This document shows, in pieces, positions 19,950 through 28,223 of a stretch of DNA of 64,000 nucleotides. The stretch's first letter is position 1; every line of letters starts with the position of its first letter. The translations under genes and the position numbers were made by a program. Source of the stretch: Minisyncoccota bacterium (GTDB lineage Bacteria; Patescibacteriota; Minisyncoccia; Phycocordibacterales; UBA9973); the NCBI GenBank assembly GCA_035353995.1, contig DAOQAL010000001.1:4020-68019 (forward strand). The letters run 5' to 3'. Below the pieces are notes generated by a model that worked only from the letters and a program-made list of their open reading frames with translations, was not told the origin of the DNA and did not search any database.

Positions 19950-20160
19950 TCAAATAAAAAAATCGTCCACGTACAACAATAAAAATTGTTATACAAGGAC
20001 GATTTTTTCGCTAGCGGTGAGCATAGTCGAATCGTGGTACCACCTTGTTTCTCTCCTTTACGGAGACTCAATTACAGCTATAACGGGCATACCCGCCGAG
20101 CTCTACTTGCCTTTCGGCTTTCTCCTCGGTGCTCCAGAGTGATAACTCCTTCAATGCTTT
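19950..20160 (-). promoter_or_regulatory. T-box riboswitch-like leader of ileS (Ile specifier)
   Basis: On the minus strand: promoter TTGTAA-17-TATAAT, Stem I region containing AUC-A (rc of + 20141-20143), T-box core AAGGUGGUACCACG (rc of + 20033-20046), and a terminator hairpin (+ 19964-20001) followed by a U-run directly before the ileS ATG. Confidence 0.6.
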
Positions 20161-20239
20161 AGTTTGATTATACTCACAAATTCGAGAAATTACAACAAAC
20201 ATTAACCCCCTTGCATTTTAAAAAAGAAGATGGCATACT

Positions 20240-20803
20240 CCCAAATAGAGTAACTGTTCTTTTTGCCTCAAATTCGCGACTTGAGAGATTCTCGGGAACG
20301 AGAAACCCTGTCTTTGTGCCCCACAAAAGTGGGTGGAAAGTTAGAAGAACAGTCTCCTTAATATTAGATTACCCGCAAAAAGCGGTTCAATGATGGATGC
20401 AAATTTCTGTTTTTACGAAAAATCTCGCCAACCGTACCCGGGAAAAGGGACTTATCTCGAGAAAAGCCCCTGTGTATAAGCGGTAACGGAAATGAATCAC
20501 ACACTGGAAAAACATTGCCATAAACCGAATAGGTGCACACTTTGGAATGCCAGTGTGGTCAGGTGTCAAAGCTGGACAAAATTGTGTCCAGAAAAATACG
20601 TGTCGCAGGCGCTGTCATACGGTATACCTAGTTTAGATTCAGCATTCATCCAAGCTCAATTATCCTTTCCGGTGGGAGGCGCTGAGCACGCATTACAGGC
20701 ATTACCCGGAAATTATTCTTCCCAGCCAGCCATAACCATAATGGTTCATGAAATTTCGCCGGAGAAGAGCAGAGCCGTCCCAAGTTATCGGACGGCTTTT
20801 TTT
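20240..20803 (+). ncRNA. Unassigned GC-rich structured RNA candidate (about 550 nt), with promoter TTGCAT-17-CATACT at 20211-20239 and a plus-strand intrinsic terminator at 20774-20803
   Basis: GC content is clearly above the flanking coding DNA. There are multiple local hairpins, including a GNRA-type UCUCG-GGAA-CGAGA, CCCAC-AAAAG-UGGG and CUGGACA-N6-UGUCCAG, plus a long-range complementarity 20262-20276 / 20346-20360. No credible ORF. The ending GCCGTCC-N9-GGACGGC-TTTTTTT works as a terminator only on the plus strand. Strand and identity are uncertain. Confidence 0.35.
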
Positions 20804-20821
20804 ATTTTATCTACTTCCGGG

Positions 20822-22573
20822 TTACATTTTTTCTGGAGTTTTTATACCAAGAAGCCAGAGACCATTTTTCATAGTCTGATAAAAAGATTTAACAAGTTCT
20901 AAATGATAAATAATATATTTATTATCATTTTCTAAAATTTTTGTATTTCCATAAAAAGTATTAAATGCGCTAGCAAGTTCTACAAGATAAGTAGCTATAT
21001 AATGTGGAGCAAATTCTTTATAAGAACGATTTACTATTTCTACAAATTGATAAAGCATTTTTTCTAAATCTGTAATTTCTTTTGGAATTTCTTTGCCATT
21101 TTTTAAATTAAATTCTTTGGATTTTTGAATAATTGAATTTGCACGAACAGCCGTATATTGTAAATAAGGCCCAGAATCACCCTCAAAAGAAATTGATTTT
21201 TCAAAATCAAAAATAATATCACTTCCGATTGAAGATTTTAATATGGAATATTTTAAAGATGAAACTCCAACAATTTCAGCAATATTTTCTTTTTCTATAT
21301 CAGAAAATTCTCGTTTAGAAATTTTTTCTCTAATCATATTTAACGAATCGTTAAGTAATGATTCACCAGTTACTATATTTCCTTTTCTAGATGACATCTT
21401 TCCATCTGCCAAACGCATCATACCGTGAGTAATATGTTTCATTCTCTTTTCTAAATCAGGATGCATAATAGAAATTGCTTTTTGTACAACTCTCATATAT
21501 TCAGCTTGTTCACTAGCAGTTGTTACAATAGATAAATCTAATTTTTTTCCAAATAAATTTTTCTTAAATTTAGTTAGTGTTAAACCCAATTCTTTGGCTT
21601 CGTACGTTGGTAATTGTTGAGAATTTACAAACACTCTCGTATGCAATTTTGGGTCATATTTCTCACCATGAAAAACGATAGCCCCATCAGATTCTTCAAA
21701 AATATTTCCTATATTTTTTTCCACAATCTTTTTACCGATTTCAGCCATTTCAGATTCAAAATAATATTTATCAAATTTTGTACCAAGCAATTTATATATT
21801 TCTTCAAATGCTTCTAGAGTTATTTTTCTTCCCCAATTATATATTTTATTTATTTCATCATCAGTTTTATCGTAAATTTTTTTATTTATTATATCAATTT
21901 CTTTTTTAGCATTTTCATCATTTTCGTAAGCATCATTTCCTTTTACATAAATTTCTCCTATAAAACGCGCTTTTTCTGCAATCGTTTTTTTTGTATCAGG
22001 TAAACCAAATTTTTTTAATCCATAAATAGCTTTTGCTACATGAGGACCGACATCGCCTTGATAATTTGCGCGAATCACTTCTGCTCCAGAAAATTCAACA
22101 ATTCTAGAAATTGATTCCCCTATTGCATTACTCATTAAGTGCCCAATATGAAATGGTTTAAAAGGATTTGGTTGAGTATATTCAATCATAACTTTTTTAC
22201 CTAACAATGTTTTTTCTTTTCCCCAATTCTCTTTTTGTTTTAAAATTTCTTTTACACTATAGGTAAAAAATTCTCGTGATAAATAAAAATTTATAAAACC
22301 AGGACCAGCAATTTCTATTTTTTCTATTTCTTTAATTTTATTTTTTAGTAACTCTTCAACTATTTTTACAGCAAGATCTCTTGGTGTTTTTTCTAATTGT
22401 TTTGAACAAGCAAGAGCTACATTAGTAGAATAGTCCCCATTATTAAAATTCTCTGGATGCTCAACTACAAATTCACTATCCCATTCTATTTCAAGATTTT
22501 TTAAAGCATCCCTGATTAAATTTTTTATTCGTTCTTTCATCTTATTTATGACCAGTCGTTCCAAAACCTCCAC
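20822..22573 (-). CDS. argS: Arginyl-tRNA synthetase
   Basis: Add-1 N-terminal domain, HIGH motif PFHIGHLMS, and a DALR-type anticodon-binding C-terminus ending in M. 583 aa. Confidence 0.9.
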   Translation of the reverse strand: MEVLERLVINKMKERIKNLIRDALKNLEIEWDSEFVVEHPENFNNGDYSTNVALACSKQLEKTPRDLAVKIVEELLKNKIKEIEKIEIAGPGFINFYLSREFFTYSVKEILKQKENWGKEKTLLGKKVMIEYTQPNPFKPFHIGHLMSNAIGESISRIVEFSGAEVIRANYQGDVGPHVAKAIYGLKKFGLPDTKKTIAEKARFIGEIYVKGNDAYENDENAKKEIDIINKKIYDKTDDEINKIYNWGRKITLEAFEEIYKLLGTKFDKYYFESEMAEIGKKIVEKNIGNIFEESDGAIVFHGEKYDPKLHTRVFVNSQQLPTYEAKELGLTLTKFKKNLFGKKLDLSIVTTASEQAEYMRVVQKAISIMHPDLEKRMKHITHGMMRLADGKMSSRKGNIVTGESLLNDSLNMIREKISKREFSDIEKENIAEIVGVSSLKYSILKSSIGSDIIFDFEKSISFEGDSGPYLQYTAVRANSIIQKSKEFNLKNGKEIPKEITDLEKMLYQFVEIVNRSYKEFAPHYIATYLVELASAFNTFYGNTKILENDNKYIIYHLELVKSFYQTMKNGLWLLGIKTPEKM

Positions 22574-22970
22574 GACTATTATTATTCATAGATTCAACTT
22601 CTTCCCATTCTGCTAAATCAATTTTTATAAAAACGCCCTGCCCTAATCTTTCTCCTTTTTCTATTTCAACACTATTATCATTTAAATTATAAACTTGTAA
22701 TAATATTTCATCTGATTCTCCACAATAATCATTGTCTATATAACCAGTAGTAACTAAAAGTCCTTTCTTTTTTAACGTGCTAGATCTATCTTTAATTTCA
22801 AGCATATATCCTTTTGGTGTAGCGATAATAATATTAGTTGGAAGTCTTTCCAAGGTTTTTGGTTGAATTACAGTATCTACACGAGAATACAAATCAAAAG
22901 CCACAGCTCCCTCTGTATGATATATCGGCAATGGTAAAGTTTTATCTATACGTTTAATTTTGACTTTCAT
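22542..22970 (-). CDS. dut: dUTP diphosphatase
   Basis: dUTPase motifs: AVAFDLY (motif 1), RSSTLKKKG (motif 2), GYIDNDYCGE (motif 3) and C-terminal RGGFGTTG (motif 5). Confidence 0.8.
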   Translation of the reverse strand: MKVKIKRIDKTLPLPIYHTEGAVAFDLYSRVDTVIQPKTLERLPTNIIIATPKGYMLEIKDRSSTLKKKGLLVTTGYIDNDYCGESDEILLQVYNLNDNSVEIEKGERLGQGVFIKIDLAEWEEVESMNNNSRGGFGTTGHK

Positions 22971-22971
22971 A

Positions 22972-23679
22972 TTATTTTTTAATTACTTTTTTAACTTTCT
23001 CATAAATTATTTCGTGAATTTTTTCTCTTGTCATTATCTTTCCTTTTTCTGCACACTCTATTTTTATAAAATTCGGAACTTCTTTTTCTAATTTTAGCGC
23101 ACTCTTTCTTGAATTAATTAAATGTTGTACATCACTTTCTGCTACATCTTTTCCTCTTTTTAGATATTCTCTTTGCATTTTACTACTGCTTCTATGCTCT
23201 AAAAGCTCCAGAACAATTTTTATTGGCAAACTTAAATAAAAAGTAATGTCTGGTCTTGGAATTCCAAAAACTTCGTACTCCATGCGATCAAGCCATTTTA
23301 GAAAATCATCTCTTCTTTTTGCATCTTTTGTTTTTCCTCCTTGGTGAATTTGATTAGCTGAAACATATCTATTAGCAATTACGATATACCCCTTCTTTAA
23401 CCAATTTCGCATTTCATCACTAGATTCCCAACGATCAGCTGCATATAAAACAGAAGCAATTTTCGGATGTACATTTAGAAAATTATAATATTGTTCTGAT
23501 AAACAATGACCGATAAAAGCACCAAAGAAATTTTTATAATATTCTGGAAAATCAACAACCTTTACTTTAAAACCATCTTTTTTTAAACGCTTAGTCAAAT
23601 AAGCGACTTGCGTAGCTTTTCCACTACCATCAGTACCATCAATAACTATTAATTTACCCTTAAATTTTTGTTTCTTCAT
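22972..23679 (-). CDS. tmk: Thymidylate kinase
   Basis: P-loop LIVIDGTDGSGKATQ, a DRW/DRY-type region (ADRWESS) and a lid region. It is adjacent to dut. Confidence 0.85.
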   Translation of the reverse strand: MKKQKFKGKLIVIDGTDGSGKATQVAYLTKRLKKDGFKVKVVDFPEYYKNFFGAFIGHCLSEQYYNFLNVHPKIASVLYAADRWESSDEMRNWLKKGYIVIANRYVSANQIHQGGKTKDAKRRDDFLKWLDRMEYEVFGIPRPDITFYLSLPIKIVLELLEHRSSSKMQREYLKRGKDVAESDVQHLINSRKSALKLEKEVPNFIKIECAEKGKIMTREKIHEIIYEKVKKVIKK

Positions 23680-23681
23680 TT

Positions 23682-24011
23682 TTAAAAATTAAAAATCTTA
23701 ATAAATCTTTTTATAACAATAAAACAATATCCCCACAAAAATGGAAGCCATATTGGCATTAAACTAAAAAGAGAATTCCTTTCAAAGGTTTCAACTTTTA
23801 CATTAGTGAAAATAAATTCGTATAATATTATTATAAAAAATCCTATAAAAAATAACTTAACTTCTTTTCTTTCTCTTTTTATAAAGAGAGAAGTCATTAT
23901 AATAAAAATATATGCAAGAGAAAGAAGATAATCATCATGAATAACAGTGATAAGCCATATCATCAATACGACAGGAATCATATTTGCAAAAAAAATTAAT
24001 ACTTTTTTCAT
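23682..24011 (-). CDS. Small 3-TM membrane protein, unknown
   Basis: 109 aa, hydrophobic, tightly packed between tmk and glyA. Confidence 0.35.
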   Translation of the reverse strand: MKKVLIFFANMIPVVLMIWLITVIHDDYLLSLAYIFIIMTSLFIKRERKEVKLFFIGFFIIILYEFIFTNVKVETFERNSLFSLMPIWLPFLWGYCFIVIKRFIKIFNF

Positions 24012-24057
24012 AAATTATGATATTTTTCCTGTTTTAATTTTTTCTCTATTTCAATCA

Positions 24058-25257
24058 TTATTTTTTTCTTAAAATCTTATTTATTTTTCTAGCAATTACT
24101 ATCATGCTTTTTTCTTTTTTACCTCTAGTGGTTTCAGCATAAGTACCAAGTCTAATTCCTGAAGGATCCATTGCACTTCTTCCTTCGCCAGGAATAGTAT
24201 TCATATTCACAATAATTCCTGCTTTTTCAAGTCTTTCGCTAGCATCTTTTCCTGGAATACCAGCGCCATTCATCCATGTATCTAATAAAATTAAATGCGA
24301 ATCAGTTCCACCAGAAATTACATGCCAACCTAATTTTTGAAGTTCTTCAGCAAGTACTTTTGCATTTTTAACAACTTGCTTTGCATATTTTTTGAATGCC
24401 ATCGTATCTGCTTCTTTCAGTGCAATAGCAACTCCAGCAATATTATTTTCATGAGGTCCTCCAAAAAGACCTGGTATTACCATTTTATCTATTTTTTTAT
24501 CAAAATCTCTTCTAGCACCTGGCAATGTATCTGGGCTGTCTTTTTTTACAAAAAGAATTGCCTGTCGTGGGCCACGAAGAGATTTATGAGTAGTTGTCAT
24601 AACAGAATCTGCGTATGGGAATGGAGATGGATATACACCTCCTGCAACTAGTCCGGCAAAATGCGACATATCTATATGAAGAAGGGCACCACAAGCGTCA
24701 GCAATTTCTCTAAATTTTTTAAAATCAACAATTCTTGGATAAGCAGTAAAACCAGCAACGATGATACTAGGCATTTCAGTCATTGCAATTTGTTTTAATT
24801 TTTCATAATCAATTACTTCTGTTTCCGGGTCAACTTCAAATTGAACAGGTTTCCAAAGTTTTCCTGTCATTGATAAATGATGACCATGAGTCAAATGCCC
24901 ACCAGAAATAAGTTTCATTCCCATAATTTTATTTCCAATTGGTACCAATGCGGAATATAAAGCAAAATTTGCTGGACTTCCAGATAAAAGTTGAACATTT
25001 ACATGCCAATCTTCTTTTTTTAATTTAAAAAGTTTTAAAGCTCGTTCGATACAAAGAAGCTCAACCTTATCAATTACAGAATTGCCACCATAATATCGCC
25101 TGCCAGGATATCCTTCAGCATATTTATTTGTAAGTTCAGAACCTAATGCTTGTAAAACATCTTTTGAAACATAATTCTCTGAAGCGATTAGATTTATAAC
25201 ATTTTTTTGTCTTTTCGCTTCACTTTTAATAAGTTTTTCTATTTGTTTATCTCGCAT
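24058..25257 (-). CDS. glyA: Serine hydroxymethyltransferase
   Basis: N-terminal NLIASENYVS...NKYAEGYPGRRYYGG and the PLP-lysine context TTTHKSLRGPR. Confidence 0.9.
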   Translation of the reverse strand: MRDKQIEKLIKSEAKRQKNVINLIASENYVSKDVLQALGSELTNKYAEGYPGRRYYGGNSVIDKVELLCIERALKLFKLKKEDWHVNVQLLSGSPANFALYSALVPIGNKIMGMKLISGGHLTHGHHLSMTGKLWKPVQFEVDPETEVIDYEKLKQIAMTEMPSIIVAGFTAYPRIVDFKKFREIADACGALLHIDMSHFAGLVAGGVYPSPFPYADSVMTTTHKSLRGPRQAILFVKKDSPDTLPGARRDFDKKIDKMVIPGLFGGPHENNIAGVAIALKEADTMAFKKYAKQVVKNAKVLAEELQKLGWHVISGGTDSHLILLDTWMNGAGIPGKDASERLEKAGIIVNMNTIPGEGRSAMDPSGIRLGTYAETTRGKKEKSMIVIARKINKILRKK

Positions 25258-26105
25258 ACTCCAATTTTATCACATTTTACTATTATTGTACCAAGTTGAT
25301 CTGTGCGAAGAACTTTTACTCCCAAATCAGAGAAAATGCCCAAAATTTCAGGTGCTGGATGATTATATTTATTATTTTTCCCAACAGAAATTAAAGCATA
25401 TTCTGGAGAGACAATTTTTAAAAAGTTTATAGAAGAAGAATACTTTGATCCATGATGTCCTGCTTTTAAAATGTAACTTTGAAGTTTTTCTTTAGAATTT
25501 TCTTTTAAAATTAAATCTTCTGTTTTATTAGTGGCATCTCCAGTAAGCATAATTTTTACATTTCCATAAGAAAGCCTAGCTACGATAGAACCTTCGTTTG
25601 TTGGCCAGCTTGTAACATTACGATCTGGAAATAAAATATCAATCTGTGCACCATCTCCTAAATCAAGTTTCATTCCTTTTTTTGCTAAGATATTTGGGAT
25701 TTTCTTTTTTATTATTTCTTCTTCAAGATTTTTATAAGTTCTAGAATCACTCCATGTACCAGATTCAAAAATTGTTCCAACTTTATAAACTTTCAAAACA
25801 TCCAAAATTCCACCAATATGATCTTGATCTGGATTTGTAATAATTATTGCATCGAGACTTCTATCAAAAGCAGGCATTTCTTTTTTAAGAGCACTTAAAA
25901 TTTTTTCAGATGGTCCACCATCGATAAGAACTTGTACTCCAGAAGGCGACTTTATCAAAAGTGAATCACCTTGCCCAACATCGAACATTGAAAAACTAAA
26001 TTTTTTATTAGAATTTTGCAAGTCTGCTCTTATAACAAGAAATGCAAAAAATAAAAGAATGAAAGTAAAAATTAATAAACTATATTTTTTAAAACTTTCT
26101 GACAT
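25239..26105 (-). CDS. ComEC C-terminal metallo-beta-lactamase domain protein (separate ORF)
   Basis: Signal/TM N-terminus, then MBL motifs: DVGQGDS, ITNPDQDHIGG (HxHxDH variant), and GHHGSK near the C-terminus. It follows the ComEC channel ORF. Confidence 0.65.
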   Translation of the reverse strand: MSESFKKYSLLIFTFILLFFAFLVIRADLQNSNKKFSFSMFDVGQGDSLLIKSPSGVQVLIDGGPSEKILSALKKEMPAFDRSLDAIIITNPDQDHIGGILDVLKVYKVGTIFESGTWSDSRTYKNLEEEIIKKKIPNILAKKGMKLDLGDGAQIDILFPDRNVTSWPTNEGSIVARLSYGNVKIMLTGDATNKTEDLILKENSKEKLQSYILKAGHHGSKYSSSINFLKIVSPEYALISVGKNNKYNHPAPEILGIFSDLGVKVLRTDQLGTIIVKCDKIGVCEINK

Positions 26106-26146
26106 ATTGTAATTTTATCATGTAAATATTTATTGATAGAAATTGT

Positions 26147-27661
26147 TTATGAATTCAAAAACAAAAATTTTTTTATACTTCTACCAAAAAGAATGTAGGT
26201 AAAATAGCCATAAATAGCTATCGTTAATAGAAGCGGAAAATTGCTTATAGATAAAGAAGCAAATGGTAGTCTGGCTAAAGAATCAATAACCCAAAGCTCG
26301 TAAGATAACAATATTTGAGCTATGGCTCCTAAAGGAATTGCAAGCACATACCAAACCATACCAAATACTCCTGTTAAAAAACCAAAAAACATAGTCATAG
26401 GAATAAAAGGTAATACTAAAATATTCGCAGGCAGAGCAACTAAAGACAAATTTCCCATTTTGTATAAAATAAAAGGCAAAACAAAAATGTAAGTAGCACT
26501 TGTTACTGATATGATATCTCGCAAACCAAATCTAGTAGTGATCCAAGTAAAATATTTTTCAAATCTTGGAGAAATAAAAATCACAGCAATCGTTGCCAAG
26601 AAAGATAATTGAAAAGATACATCATAAATCAAAAGAAACGGATTAAAAATAAGCATAACTACACCAGCAAAAATCAATGCACGCACAACATCATAATTTC
26701 GTCCAGTTGCACGTGCTAAAAGTGCCAGCACCGACATAACTCCCGCTCTAATAGCAGTAGAACTTGCTCCAGTCATTAAAATAAAAAGAAAAATTGAAAA
26801 AATTCCGAATCCAATTGCAAAATTTTGTGGTCCGATACTTCCAAAACTTAGTGGTGCTAAAATGAACATAAAAAGTTTCATAATCCATTCGGCAATAATT
26901 GTAATATTGTATCCAGAAAGAGCAACAATATGAATTGTTCCAGTATTAATAAAGTTTTTTCGTAATTCTTCACTAAAAGAGGCACGCTCCCCTAAAATAA
27001 GCCCACCCATTAAAAGATTTTCCGGTTCAACTATTTCTGTATTTATTTTTTCTAAAAATTTTTCTTTTACTTGAAAAAGCGTGGCTTTAATTTTATTTCC
27101 TTCTCCACTTGCCAAGAATTTTATTTTTGGATATTTCATTAAAAAATGAATTCCATCTTTTCTTAAATAATTTACATAGTCAAATACTTTACCTTGATCA
27201 GTGGTAAAATTTTCCGGTTTTTCCAATTTGCCGAACAAACTTACCTTCTCACCATATTGATATATTTCATTTCTTCCAGTCGTAACTAAAATTTTATTAC
27301 CAGTTTTTGTTTTTATTACCAAGCTCTGCGTATTTTCTTTTTGACTTGGTTCGTCAATTACAATTCCAGATAAATTTATTTTTTCTCCTACAATAACAGT
27401 CTGACCGCTTATTTCATCCAATAAAATTGGGTCTATTTTGTCAGAAAAATTAAATCTTAAAATTCCCAAAAAAGTTGCAAGTATAAAAAACCCAAAAACA
27501 ATTCCATATTTATTTTTAGAAATTAAAATAAAAAATAAAAGTATGGCAAAAGATATAATGCCAAAAAGTATTGTCGTATAAAAATTTATAGAAACAAAAG
27601 AACGCAAAAATACTCCAAAAATAAAGCCGAAGCATATTGCAAAAAAAATTTTGTCTCGCAT
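26147..27661 (-). CDS. comEC: ComEC/Rec2 DNA-uptake channel (DUF4131 + Competence domain), without the MBL domain
   Basis: N-terminal TM pair plus OB-like region, then the polytopic Competence domain with GTIHIVALSGYNITII (the ComEC VSG(L/F)H-type motif). Confidence 0.7.
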   Translation of the reverse strand: MRDKIFFAICFGFIFGVFLRSFVSINFYTTILFGIISFAILLFFILISKNKYGIVFGFFILATFLGILRFNFSDKIDPILLDEISGQTVIVGEKINLSGIVIDEPSQKENTQSLVIKTKTGNKILVTTGRNEIYQYGEKVSLFGKLEKPENFTTDQGKVFDYVNYLRKDGIHFLMKYPKIKFLASGEGNKIKATLFQVKEKFLEKINTEIVEPENLLMGGLILGERASFSEELRKNFINTGTIHIVALSGYNITIIAEWIMKLFMFILAPLSFGSIGPQNFAIGFGIFSIFLFILMTGASSTAIRAGVMSVLALLARATGRNYDVVRALIFAGVVMLIFNPFLLIYDVSFQLSFLATIAVIFISPRFEKYFTWITTRFGLRDIISVTSATYIFVLPFILYKMGNLSLVALPANILVLPFIPMTMFFGFLTGVFGMVWYVLAIPLGAIAQILLSYELWVIDSLARLPFASLSISNFPLLLTIAIYGYFTYILFGRSIKKFLFLNS

Positions 27662-27674
27662 TTTAATTTAATCT

Positions 27675-28199
27675 CTAAAGAGAAAAATCAAAAAGTCTTT
27701 CGTATTCTTTTACATTACCCCTAAATAATAAAAAATGTTTTCCTGATGAAAACGAAGTAGCAATTTCATCACATCTTTCATTTAAAGAAACACCATCGTG
27801 CCCTTTTACTTTTACCCATTCTATTTTATATTTCATTTTTAAATTATTTTCTAACTTAAAAAGAATTTCCCATAAGTCCTGATTTAAAACAGGATCTTTT
27901 GAAGCAGTTCTCCAATTATTTTTTATCCAAGAATAAATCCACATAGTAATTCCATTAAGCAAATAAGCGGAATCTGTGTGAATAATTATATTTTTTATTT
28001 TTGGTTTCCTTTTTTCAATTTCTTTCAATGCTTCTATTGCTGCTGTCATTTCCATTCTATTATTTGTAGACTGTGCATCCCTTGCACCAAGCTCTATAAC
28101 TTTTCCTTCGGGCATTACTATAATGCTACCCCATCCTCCAGGACCAGGATTTCCAAGAGAAGATCCATCCGTATAAATTATAATTTCATTTTTTTTCAT
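27675..28199 (-). CDS. rnhA: Ribonuclease HI
   Basis: IYTDGSSLGNPGPGGWG, TNNRMEMTAAIEAL and HTDS are the RNase H DEDD-site motifs. The C-terminus is extended. Confidence 0.85.
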   Translation of the reverse strand: MKKNEIIIYTDGSSLGNPGPGGWGSIIVMPEGKVIELGARDAQSTNNRMEMTAAIEALKEIEKRKPKIKNIIIHTDSAYLLNGITMWIYSWIKNNWRTASKDPVLNQDLWEILFKLENNLKMKYKIEWVKVKGHDGVSLNERCDEIATSFSSGKHFLLFRGNVKEYERLFDFSL

Positions 28200-28223
28200 A
28201 AATATATTATATATTAAAACTTA

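Noticed and set aside
20200-20810. Tried to assign the GC-rich intergenic RNA to RNase P RNA, tmRNA or SRP RNA
   Set aside because: No paired CR-I (GGAAAGUCCGGGCUCC-like) and CR-V (ACAGAANCCGGCUUA) elements at P4-compatible spacing. No tRNA-like T-arm (GGUUCRANUCC) plus CCA, and no Ala-rich tag frame. Only partial resemblance to SRP domain IV. Left as unassigned.
20211-20902. Plus-strand ORFs of 60 aa (20211-20393) and 136 aa (20492-20902) in the ORF track
   Set aside because: They lie in a GC-rich, hairpin-dense non-coding block. The 136-aa frame runs through a strong intrinsic terminator and into the argS 3' end on the opposite strand. They have composition-driven open frames and no protein-like features.
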